Assembly: GCA_938084675.1 (NCBI GenBank) | Contig: CALKGM010000001.1 | Location: 22,181-86,180, forward strand | Origin: Candidatus Poseidoniaceae archaeon | GTDB lineage: Archaea > Thermoplasmatota > Poseidoniia > Poseidoniales > Poseidoniaceae | Reading direction: 5' to 3' | DNA length: 64,000 nucleotides | In this document: positions 1-8,894 of the stretch, piece by piece | Layout: every line of letters begins with the position of its first letter | Position numbering within the stretch: position 1 is the stretch's first letter | The notes under the pieces: model-generated | What the model saw: the letters and a program-made list of their open reading frames with translations, nothing else | What the model was told of the DNA's origin: nothing | Databases searched by the model: none | Translations under genes and position numbers: made by a program

Positions 1-152
1 GACCACTGGCCCTCAACCGAAGTAGTGGAACCTAACCATGACCATAGTAGGCTCCTTAGGAAGTAAATGCATGGTTATCGGTGGAAAATCGACTCAATTT
101 CATCATACAGCAAAGGCGAATGCTTCATGTTCTCCACCGCAGCCCACCACCC

Positions 153-1559
153 ATGACCACTTGGGTTCCAACCGCTTACCGAACGCACACTCTTGGAGAA
201 ATCCAGACTTTGGGCGCCGACCTTATCGACAAAACCGTGACCGTTGCCGGATTCATGGAGGCAAACCGAGGCAAGGGGGCCATTTGTTTTGTTGACCTGC
301 GCGATGGAACTGGAACCACTCAGGTATTTCTCAAGGCGAATACTATCGGTGCTGAATCATTGGATCTTGTTCAACGAATGACCCGAGAGTCAACACTCCA
401 GTTTACAGGTACTGTTTCTCTAAAACGACCGCCTAAGGTCAAGGAGGGTGAACCGACACCCCCTCCTGCTTACGAGGTTCTTGCAACGTCCGTAGAAGTG
501 ATTGCACGAGCAGAGGCGCCACTGCCTCTGGGCGTGACAGACACAGTGAATGTTGAACTTGACACTCGCTTAGACAATCGTTTCCTCGATTTACGTAGAG
601 CACATGTCAACGCAATGTTCAGACTCCGAGGCAAGGTTTTGCAGTTTGGCCGCCAACACCTCATCACTGAGGGATTCATTGAAACCCACACTCCCAAAAT
701 CGTAGCAACCGCAACCGAGGGTGGAACCGACCTCTTCCCAATGCAATACTTTGAAACCCCAGCCTACCTCAATCAGTCGCCACAGTTGTTCAAGCAATTG
801 TGCATGAGCGGAGGTTTGGAACGAGTCTTTGAAATCGGACCCGCTTTCCGAGCCGAAAAACACGACACCTACCGCCACCTCAACGAATTTATTTCCTTTG
901 ATATTGAAGTCAGTTGGGCCAATGATGACGACGTGATGGGAGTGCTTGAACGCATGCTCCACCACATTTGGAAATCTGTTGCCGAAGAAGAGGAATCCCA
1001 AGGACTCATCGCTACGATCAATGCTTATCGCGCCACCCAAGAAGAGGAAGCCATCGAAGTGATCGTACCTGAACTCCCGTTCCCACGTATGGAATACTGC
1101 GATGCGATTCGCATCATCAAGGAAAAAGGAGGAACCATCGAATGGGGAGATGATATTGATGCAGAGAACTCTGACCTTCTGGCGGAAGACCTTCCTCAAT
1201 TTTACTTCCTACCGCGCTGGCCCATGTCTCTCAAACCGTTCTACATTCATCATGTAGAAGGTGAAATTGGCAGTACTGACCAGCAACTTTCACGAGGATT
1301 TGACCTCAACTTTGGTAGGGATGAAATGACCTCTGGCGGCCAACGTGAGCACCGAATTGACGTACTTATTGACAACTTGAAGAACATGGACCTTGACCCC
1401 GAAGAGTTTGAATTCTATGTCGCTGGTTTCCGCCATGGTGTACCTCCACACGCAGGGTGGGGACTCGGAGTAGAGCGAATTTTGATGAAACTCACCGGCG
1501 CTAAGAACGTCCGAGAAACCGTACTGTTCCCACGTGACCGAAAGCGATTCTGTCCTTGA
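153..1559 (+). CDS. aspS: Aspartyl-tRNA synthetase, archaeal type
   Basis: OB-fold start (YRTH..FVDLRDGTG), RLDNRFLDLR, motif 2 FRAEKHDTYRHLNEF, motif 3 PPHAGWGLGVER. Start moved from track GTG 81 to ATG 153, which sits 29 nt after a promoter-like motif. Confidence 0.95.
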   Translation: MTTWVPTAYRTHTLGEIQTLGADLIDKTVTVAGFMEANRGKGAICFVDLRDGTGTTQVFLKANTIGAESLDLVQRMTRESTLQFTGTVSLKRPPKVKEGEPTPPPAYEVLATSVEVIARAEAPLPLGVTDTVNVELDTRLDNRFLDLRRAHVNAMFRLRGKVLQFGRQHLITEGFIETHTPKIVATATEGGTDLFPMQYFETPAYLNQSPQLFKQLCMSGGLERVFEIGPAFRAEKHDTYRHLNEFISFDIEVSWANDDDVMGVLERMLHHIWKSVAEEEESQGLIATINAYRATQEEEAIEVIVPELPFPRMEYCDAIRIIKEKGGTIEWGDDIDAENSDLLAEDLPQFYFLPRWPMSLKPFYIHHVEGEIGSTDQQLSRGFDLNFGRDEMTSGGQREHRIDVLIDNLKNMDLDPEEFEFYVAGFRHGVPPHAGWGLGVERILMKLTGAKNVRETVLFPRDRKRFCP

Positions 1560-1561
1560 CT

Positions 1562-2257
1562 TCAACCAAACAAAAGTAAATACCCGACACCAAATACAAC
1601 GATATCACACAAAGCATGGGTGATGTAGGGCACCCAAATACTACGGTAGTTCATGTAGAGCCAACTGAAGGTTGCTCCACCAATAAACAGCCCGAAACAT
1701 GCGAGAAGATTGGCTTCAATTGCAAAACCGAGGAACCACAGTGCAAAGAAGTGATGGAGGACAAAAATTCCAGCTGAGAGGGACACAGTAGCCCACCCTT
1801 CACCGAAAAAAACTTCTGCTTTCTCAACAATAAACCAGCGAAATACATATTCTTCAAGCACAGAATTACCAACCGTCCAAAAGATGGCTGCTGCGATATA
1901 TGTGCTCTGGACCGTGAGCCCAAAAGGCTCCAATGTTTCACGGAAAGTATCCTGGTCTACTCTTGATTGCCCAATGAAGACCCAAGCGAGTACCATAACG
2001 GCACTGAACAAAACACCTACTCCAAATCCAACACCGAGTCCACCTTGCTTCGGAAGTGACCAAGAAAACGGCTTCTTATCCACATAGAGCATCCAAACCA
2101 GCGGAAGGCCAAGCATCCATGCCTTGGAAGTGACCCATGCAAGTTGCCCTACAAGTCCGTTGCCCGAGCCGAAGGAGGCGAAAATGGAAACCGTAGGGGC
2201 AATCCCTACCAATACTAAGGCAATGAGGGAATTTCGTCGAAAGACATCACTCATCAA
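1562..2257 (-). CDS. CPBP/Abi (CAAX protease-like) intramembrane glutamic endopeptidase
   Basis: Multi-TM protein with EEYVFR, FVLHH and HALCD motifs. Confidence 0.85.
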   Translation of the reverse strand: MMSDVFRRNSLIALVLVGIAPTVSIFASFGSGNGLVGQLAWVTSKAWMLGLPLVWMLYVDKKPFSWSLPKQGGLGVGFGVGVLFSAVMVLAWVFIGQSRVDQDTFRETLEPFGLTVQSTYIAAAIFWTVGNSVLEEYVFRWFIVEKAEVFFGEGWATVSLSAGIFVLHHFFALWFLGFAIEANLLACFGLFIGGATFSWLYMNYRSIWVPYITHALCDIVVFGVGYLLLFG

Positions 2258-2258
2258 A

Positions 2259-5042
2259 TCACACCTTTGGAGGGGGCAAGTATGGATAGTTAGCAGGCCC
2301 TATTGACTCAGCAGGTTCGACTTCTTGGGGGACTGCGGGGGAAAAGGCATCCATTGAAGGAGGGGCAAAAGGTTTCTGTGCATCTGTAAGAAGGGTTTCT
2401 TGATGAACATCGTTGAAAATGTCGATAGAATTTAGACCATCATCGGTTTGAGAACGCTTGTAGTAAAACCCTCCAGCACCGATTAAACCGATGAGAAGCA
2501 GCAATCGGATGATTACATCAAACCATGAATCAAGTGATGCTTGATTTGGAAATGTATCCAAAGCATTTGCAATGCCATCACCATCGGTATCGTACTTTCC
2601 TTGAGCGTCAAAGGGGAATTTATCAGCGTTATCTCCAAGACCGTCTCCATCGGAATCAAGCCATTCGTAGGCACTGTTTGGGAAGGCATCTGCATTGTCT
2701 CCAACACCATCAACATCACTGTCAAGACATTCTGCTGCGTCATTTGGAAACACGTCTCCGTTATCTCCACATCCATCTCCATCGGTGTCAATCCATTCTG
2801 TAGCATCTTCGGGGAAGACATCGGCATTATCTCCTACGCCCTCTCCATCGGTATCGTTCCATTCATTTGGGTCTGAAGGGAAAACATCCCGGTTATCTCC
2901 GTAAGAATCATTGTCTTTGTCAGCCCAATCGGTTGAATCAAATGGGAATAAGTCACTGTTATCACCAACCCCATCCTCATCGGTGTCGTTCCATTCGTTT
3001 GCATCGTTTGGGAAACGGTCATTGGTATCTGCGAAGCCATCTCCGTCACGGTCCGGACAACCGAGCGGATACAACGACAGGCCGTAAAGTAGGAAACATG
3101 CATCTCCATTATCGCCCACTCCGTCGTCATCTGAGTCCATCCATTCATCTTCATCTTCTGGGAAACGGTCTGCGTTGTCACCGTAGCCATCTTTGTCAGA
3201 ATCCAGACACTCAGATTGGTCAAATGGGAACTCATCCCCGTTATCGCCACATCCATCACGGTCAATATCGCTCCACTCGTTTGGGTCAAGTGGGAACATA
3301 TCATTTCCGTCCAAAAAAGAATCACCGTCTGTGTCGGGATTGCGCGGGTCGCTACCAAGTGCTGCTTCAGCGTCATTATCCAAGCCATCTCCGTCAACAT
3401 CACTGTCTTCAAGATCAGAACATCCATCGCCGTCTAAGTCATTGAGATGGGTACCGATGATTCCTTGTGGGCACGTGTCACCAACATCCAATACGCCATC
3501 ATTATCGTCATCGTCGTCCTCAGAGTCTGAACAACCATCAGCATCGTAATCGTTGAGTGAAGGGCTAAACGGGCACGGGTCTACAAAATCATTGAGTCCG
3601 TCTTGATCTGAATCCCGCTGTACTGCTGAACAACCCGTAGCGTTGACACTGTCTCCTGCGGCAGTATTTGGGCATGCATCAATGCCGTTAACAACACCAT
3701 CTGAATCGTCATCCAATTGATTCCAAGAGCAACCTTGTTGATTGGCCTGTTCTGTTTGATCGGTCCAAGGGCATTGGTCAAGTGAGTTCACAATACCGTC
3801 TCCATCTCGGTCAGGAGTGCCAATTGATTCAACGGCATACCTTGCGATGAATTTGTGCATCACTCGAGTTGGGTGTGCTTTGTCAAAAAAGAGGTACTCG
3901 TCTGGATTTGGAACGATCGTACTTGCGCTGTTACATATGGGAAGGGGCAAGAGTGTAGAACCTCCTGAACAAGCTGCATCTTGAGTATTGGTGAGTCCGA
4001 GTGCGTCTTTGTGGAGAACGATATCGTGGAAGATTGACCATGCGTCAATGGTGTGAATCGTCAATCCTAATTCGATACGTAAATCTACCACCAGAGCGTC
4101 TAATTTGGTGTTATAGTCAATCACTTCATCGCGAATGGTGGCTTGTTGTGAGGCACTTCTGCTGAGTATTTCTGGAGTCATCTCTAGAGGTGGTAAATTT
4201 GGAACGATGAGCGTACGTGCACCGGCCCCATGCAATTGTCGGATGTGAGATTCCATATTGGCGGAAATCGTGTTGGCGTTAGCAGTACCGTAGAGAAAAT
4301 CATTTCCTCCCGCCCAAAGTGAAACGACAGCATTGGAAGGTATCGTTGATTGAACGCTACCAAGATAATTTGTGATTTGAGTTCCTACATTTGGAATCAC
4401 AAGATATGCATAACCACTTCCTGTTTGTGCCCCACCAAATGCTCGGTTATCTCCTGCTGAAGTCCCCGAGCCGATGCTCACAGTCGTACCGTAAGCATCG
4501 TCCATGTAGCCAAACCAAACTTCACCGTTTGAGAACCGGCCCTGCCAGTATGGCGGTACATCGGGCGTGTTGAGAAATGAATTTTTCGCGTTACCCATAT
4601 CGGACAATGAGTCCCCAAACGAGAGAAGAGTTGCAACATTTGGTACCATCACGTGTTCAAAAACCATGAATTCAACTGTTGCTTCGCCGATGAGGTTTCC
4701 ATTTTGTGCTCGGATTTCAGTTTCAAATGAATGGAAGTGGGAGCCGCTGTAAAAGGTTGCGAGGTGAACCTCAAACGTGGTGAATGTCCCAGCTGCTTGG
4801 AATTGATGGGTTCCGTTGAGTATTTGAGAACCATCTTCATCCAGAAGAGACCACGAGGCAGTAAGCGCTTGTTGGTAAGGAGCATCTCGTAAAGAATAGT
4901 CAATAATGACGGTTTCATTTGAGAACCAATCGAAACGTTCCAGAGAAACATCGGTGCTCATTGCTCGGCCGCTGCCGCTCGATGCCGCTACCCAAGAGGG
5001 GGACAACAAAACAAAGAGAAGTGCCCAAATGTGCCATCTCAC
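2259..5042 (-). CDS. Secreted, membrane-anchored SGNH/GDSL lipase-esterase with thrombospondin type-3 repeat stalk
   Basis: Signal peptide from GTG 5042 (MRWHIWALLFVLL), FGDSLSD, GRFSNG, WAGGND, FFDKAHPT, many DxDxDGxGDNxD repeats, C-terminal TM. The track start (5204) overlaps the divergent gene. Confidence 0.88.
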   Translation of the reverse strand: MRWHIWALLFVLLSPSWVAASSGSGRAMSTDVSLERFDWFSNETVIIDYSLRDAPYQQALTASWSLLDEDGSQILNGTHQFQAAGTFTTFEVHLATFYSGSHFHSFETEIRAQNGNLIGEATVEFMVFEHVMVPNVATLLSFGDSLSDMGNAKNSFLNTPDVPPYWQGRFSNGEVWFGYMDDAYGTTVSIGSGTSAGDNRAFGGAQTGSGYAYLVIPNVGTQITNYLGSVQSTIPSNAVVSLWAGGNDFLYGTANANTISANMESHIRQLHGAGARTLIVPNLPPLEMTPEILSRSASQQATIRDEVIDYNTKLDALVVDLRIELGLTIHTIDAWSIFHDIVLHKDALGLTNTQDAACSGGSTLLPLPICNSASTIVPNPDEYLFFDKAHPTRVMHKFIARYAVESIGTPDRDGDGIVNSLDQCPWTDQTEQANQQGCSWNQLDDDSDGVVNGIDACPNTAAGDSVNATGCSAVQRDSDQDGLNDFVDPCPFSPSLNDYDADGCSDSEDDDDDNDGVLDVGDTCPQGIIGTHLNDLDGDGCSDLEDSDVDGDGLDNDAEAALGSDPRNPDTDGDSFLDGNDMFPLDPNEWSDIDRDGCGDNGDEFPFDQSECLDSDKDGYGDNADRFPEDEDEWMDSDDDGVGDNGDACFLLYGLSLYPLGCPDRDGDGFADTNDRFPNDANEWNDTDEDGVGDNSDLFPFDSTDWADKDNDSYGDNRDVFPSDPNEWNDTDGEGVGDNADVFPEDATEWIDTDGDGCGDNGDVFPNDAAECLDSDVDGVGDNADAFPNSAYEWLDSDGDGLGDNADKFPFDAQGKYDTDGDGIANALDTFPNQASLDSWFDVIIRLLLLIGLIGAGGFYYKRSQTDDGLNSIDIFNDVHQETLLTDAQKPFAPPSMDAFSPAVPQEVEPAESIGPANYPYLPPPKV
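2560..3815 (-). repeat. Thrombospondin type-3-like Ca-binding repeat region (approximate bounds)
   Basis: Degenerate ~22-aa units such as EWxDxDGDGxGDNxDxFPxD. Confidence 0.85.
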
Positions 5043-5128
5043 GGTGTTGCTAGTTCTTTTTAGTTGAAAGGTCTTCCCACGGCATTCACTTCGCAACAGT
5101 GATAGGGCTGCCTCAGTGAGTCTACCAT

Positions 5129-5875
5129 ATGCCCGTTGACCGTATGCAGTGGGGAGCGGAAGAATGGCAGTACGCTGATCTCTACATGCCTGACGACCCG
5201 TCACCGTTTCAACGAAATGTTGGTGTCCCTTGCATAATGCTGATTCACGGTGGTTTTTGGAAAGAAAAGTACACGCTGGATTTGATGCAGCCCATCGCTG
5301 AAGACTTGGCTGAGGCTGGGGTTGCCGTATGGAACATTGAATTCAAGCGCTGGGCAGATGGCGATGAAGGTGTTTGGATGGACACATTGTCCGACGTATT
5401 GCGTGCGTGGGGACAACTCGCACTCCTCCCTGGAATTGACATCACACGCTCGATGGTGATGGGGCACTCCGCTGGCGGTCAACTCGCACTCATTCTTGCG
5501 GCAAAGGCAGACCGAAAACCATGGCTCGCCATTGCCCAAGCGCCTCTTACTGACCTCGTTGGTGCAGACCATGCTCGTCTTTCGGATGAAGGAGATGCCG
5601 TGCGAAAATGGTTGGGTTGTTCACCCGACGAAAACCCTGAAGCGTGGTCACGATTAAATCCCGTTGACCATCCACCAAAAACCAGCGTTCTGTTGTTTCA
5701 CGGGGAGGAAGATACCGACGTACCTCTTCTCCAATCCGAAACATATGCCCGGATTATGAAGGCAAAAGGTGCCGATGTTCAGAAGGTTTGGCTTCCTGGA
5801 AACCACTATGATATTATTGATGTAGCAAGTGATGATTGGTTGGTTCAGCTCAACGCAATTCTTGATTGGTTGTAG
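5129..5875 (+). CDS. Alpha/beta hydrolase, HGGxW type (arylformamidase/esterase-like)
   Basis: IHGGFW, GHSAGG nucleophile elbow, HGEEDTDVP (Asp), GNHY (His). Confidence 0.8.
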   Translation: MPVDRMQWGAEEWQYADLYMPDDPSPFQRNVGVPCIMLIHGGFWKEKYTLDLMQPIAEDLAEAGVAVWNIEFKRWADGDEGVWMDTLSDVLRAWGQLALLPGIDITRSMVMGHSAGGQLALILAAKADRKPWLAIAQAPLTDLVGADHARLSDEGDAVRKWLGCSPDENPEAWSRLNPVDHPPKTSVLLFHGEEDTDVPLLQSETYARIMKAKGADVQKVWLPGNHYDIIDVASDDWLVQLNAILDWL

Positions 5876-5910
5876 CGAAGGGCTATGACCATCGGCTTCT
5901 TGGGCGAGGT

Positions 5911-6726
5911 ATGGACCTGCTTGGAACAGACTTCCCATATGCCCAAGGCGCCCTTAACGGCAAGCATGCAATGGTTTGTGGAGCCAGTAAAGGAATCGGC
6001 GCTGCTACTGCAAAAATGATGGCAAAGGCTGGTGCAAATGTCACTGTCTGTGCCAGAAATGAAGCGGCTCTCAATAAACTCGTAGAAGAATTGGCCACCC
6101 TCGGCAAGGGAAAACATACTGCGCTCCAACTCGACCTTGAAGACACGGAGAACCTAACCTCTGCCGTCCACTCATTGATTGAATCAAGAGGCCCAGTACA
6201 TATTCTCATCAATAATGCGGGAGGTCCACCGGGGGGCCCTCTCATGAACAACAAGGTCGGTGATTTTGAAGCACCCTTCAGGCGCCACCTTCACGCAGCA
6301 CACACGTTGGTTCAAGCGCTTGCACCTCAAATGGAAGAACAAGGATTCGGCCGCATCATCCAAATCATCTCCACCTCAGTCAAAGAACCGATCCCCAACA
6401 TTGGGCTATCAAACACGCTCCGTGGCGCTATGGCTTCGTGGGCGAAATCTCTGTCAAATGAATTGCACCCCTCAATCACAATCAACAACGTCCTACCTGG
6501 ATTCACCAATACCTCTCGTTTGGATTCACTTGCTCAATCCATTCAAGAGCGAACCGGTAAAACAGCAGATGAAGTTCAAGACACTTGGCTCTCGCAAGTG
6601 CCGATAAAGCGCTTGATTGACCCCCTAGAAACTGCAAGTGCAATCGTCTTCTTGACACTGCCAGCATCAGGCGGCATCCGTGGCGTCAGTCTCGCAGTTG
6701 ATGGCGGTCGACTTCGCTCGATTTGA
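5911..6726 (+). CDS. Short-chain dehydrogenase/reductase with atypical active site
   Basis: CGASKGIG, INNAGG, NNVLPG, VDGG; SNTLR in place of YxxxK. ATG 5911 preferred to TTG 5866. Confidence 0.88.
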   Translation: MDLLGTDFPYAQGALNGKHAMVCGASKGIGAATAKMMAKAGANVTVCARNEAALNKLVEELATLGKGKHTALQLDLEDTENLTSAVHSLIESRGPVHILINNAGGPPGGPLMNNKVGDFEAPFRRHLHAAHTLVQALAPQMEEQGFGRIIQIISTSVKEPIPNIGLSNTLRGAMASWAKSLSNELHPSITINNVLPGFTNTSRLDSLAQSIQERTGKTADEVQDTWLSQVPIKRLIDPLETASAIVFLTLPASGGIRGVSLAVDGGRLRSI

Positions 6727-6735
6727 GGTGAAACC

Positions 6736-7587
6736 ATGGTCAATGAACTGTCTCCCGAACGTGCACGGCAAGTGTTGGACATGCTCACTCATGGCGGAGC
6801 GATGGACGGAATCAATACGTCCCTAGCCCTCCGACTCATACCACTTGCATCAGAACTTGGAGACGATGAACTCGTGAACCGACTCTTAGACCACGCGTCC
6901 GTTGTCGCTGAAGATGATATTGAGCGCGGTTGGGCGCGATTTGAGGGGATGAAGATCATGAAAGCATCAGCAAATACCATGCTTGTCCTTGCTGAAAGTG
7001 CTGAAACAATGGACCTCGGAAATCCACTTGCTGCCGCCGTTCATCATCACGTTGCTTTATTGCACATGTCGGATGGAGCATTGGACGAAGCACGAGCAAT
7101 CGCGACTCGTTCTCTTCGTTTACGAGAGCAACTGCAAGACCTCAATGGCATGGCCTACGGCCTTGCTTTATTGATGGCGATCGCCAAGAAACAAAACGAT
7201 TTTGAAGCCGCTATTGCACTTGGAACGGAGCGCCTGGAATTGGTGACTAAACTCGGAAAACACGTCGTTCAGATGGAAGCCGTTGCAGAACTCGCTCACT
7301 GTAAAGCGACAATCGGTGAATTTGAGGCATCACGAGAACTCTACAACGATTCGCTTGAACAAGCTGTTGAACTTGGAAGTATTTCTGGCCAACTCGTTGC
7401 CCGATGGGGACTTGCTGACCTCGCTGAAATTGGGGAAGATTACGAATCAGCTATGCTGGTTCTCTCCGATTTACTCCACGTGTACATGGCAGAGGGCCTG
7501 CCTGCACCGATGCAAGTAAAAAAGCGCATTGAGGCGCTAACACAACTCAAACCGTCTGCACAAAAAGGGGACGAAGGTTCACAATAA
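6736..7587 (+). CDS. Helical-repeat (TPR-like) protein of unknown function
   Basis: Ala/Leu/Glu-rich TPR-like pattern; GAGGTGA ribosome-binding site upstream. Confidence 0.65.
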   Translation: MVNELSPERARQVLDMLTHGGAMDGINTSLALRLIPLASELGDDELVNRLLDHASVVAEDDIERGWARFEGMKIMKASANTMLVLAESAETMDLGNPLAAAVHHHVALLHMSDGALDEARAIATRSLRLREQLQDLNGMAYGLALLMAIAKKQNDFEAAIALGTERLELVTKLGKHVVQMEAVAELAHCKATIGEFEASRELYNDSLEQAVELGSISGQLVARWGLADLAEIGEDYESAMLVLSDLLHVYMAEGLPAPMQVKKRIEALTQLKPSAQKGDEGSQ

Positions 7588-7637
7588 CGAAACGCACGAA
7601 TTATGAGCCAAGGCGATATGGAAGGAACGGTGGACAA

Positions 7638-8885
7638 ATGGAACATGACATTTTCTTTTCAATCTCTCAAACCCCTGATGAAGAGGGGCACATCCCTTCA
7701 GAAGCAACCATGTTTCAAAATTACTTTCAACAATTAGAATGTGCAGACCGTCTCGGCTTTAACGTCGGGTGGCTCGCACAGGCCCACCTTTCTACCGAGG
7801 AACAAAAATCAAATTCAAGACCGGTAGTCCCACACTGGCAAGGAGAGGTCGGCCTCTGCACTGATTTCCCACAACTTGCTCTTGAGTCATTTCGGCGAAC
7901 TTCAAACATCGAGATGGGGAGCGCAGTCATGGCAATATTGGCCTCCGGCGGACCGATTGCTCAAGCCGAACGAATTGGAAACGTCCTCACCTACCTCGGC
8001 ATGAATCCAGATGAACACCGTAAACTCCACGTTGGCTTTTCTGCTGGTCGGTTTGAATTCATGGCGCGCCCTTACGGAGTTGTTCCACGTAACTCGATCG
8101 AAGAAGCCGCATGGCCTGCGCTACGCGGTCAAGTGTTCATGGAAGCCGCAGAAATATTCCTTCGTTTGTTACGAGGCGACGTGATCAGCACGGAGGACAT
8201 CAACCCGACCATCCTCACACGTGCGAATTTTAGAAGCGATGAGGATTGGGAGGCTGTTCAATCCGCAGCACTTGAATTTGAAGGCCTAACAGACCGTCCG
8301 GAATCCATAGAAATCCCACCCCGTTACACCTTTGAGTCGTTGAAAATCATCCCTCAAGATTTCCGCCGAGAACTTCTCGAACTCATCATTGGGAGCCACG
8401 ACCCAAGGGCACAAACTTTCGTCAATTCAATCTTACCGGTCAAGGTGTTTAACCTCTCAATTACTGCCCCGGAAATCATTGACTCCACCCATCAACGCAT
8501 GGCTGAGGTTTACCACCCTAGCGGGGGCTCATGGCAAAGAAGAGACATGCCTCGAACATCGTTTGTATTCCTCAACGCTGAAGATGGACTTACTCCTGAA
8601 GAACAATCAAAAGCCGCTAAAGAAGAAGCAAAGGTTGCCCTTAACGCATATTGGAACGCCCTTGAAGGAACCATTGACCCTTCAAAAGTTGAGCGTGCCA
8701 CCAATAACGCACTCATTGGGAATGTCGAACAAATCGCTCAACAAATGGTTGACCGTTTCCACCCACAGGACAGGATTATGGCTTGGTTTGATTTCTTCAA
8801 TCACGATTCAGACCGTGTGTGCCGTAACATGACGGCTTACATGGAACAGGTCGTTCCTAAAGTAGAATCAATGCTGAATGAATGA
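7638..8885 (+). CDS. LLM-class (luciferase-like) flavin-dependent oxidoreductase
   Basis: ADRLGFNVGWLAQAH, TSNIEMGSAV, PIAQAERI, LHVGFSAG, ALIGNVEQI follow the LLM pattern. Confidence 0.8.
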   Translation: MEHDIFFSISQTPDEEGHIPSEATMFQNYFQQLECADRLGFNVGWLAQAHLSTEEQKSNSRPVVPHWQGEVGLCTDFPQLALESFRRTSNIEMGSAVMAILASGGPIAQAERIGNVLTYLGMNPDEHRKLHVGFSAGRFEFMARPYGVVPRNSIEEAAWPALRGQVFMEAAEIFLRLLRGDVISTEDINPTILTRANFRSDEDWEAVQSAALEFEGLTDRPESIEIPPRYTFESLKIIPQDFRRELLELIIGSHDPRAQTFVNSILPVKVFNLSITAPEIIDSTHQRMAEVYHPSGGSWQRRDMPRTSFVFLNAEDGLTPEEQSKAAKEEAKVALNAYWNALEGTIDPSKVERATNNALIGNVEQIAQQMVDRFHPQDRIMAWFDFFNHDSDRVCRNMTAYMEQVVPKVESMLNE

Positions 8886-8894
8886 GGGACGAAC

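Noticed and set aside
1-66. Possible 3' end of an upstream gene (frame 1 open to TAA at 64-66)
   Set aside because: Too short to support.
2560-3815. Periodic DNA resembling a repeat array or CRISPR
   Set aside because: Degenerate in-frame TSP3 protein repeats; no identical repeats with unique spacers, and no cas genes.
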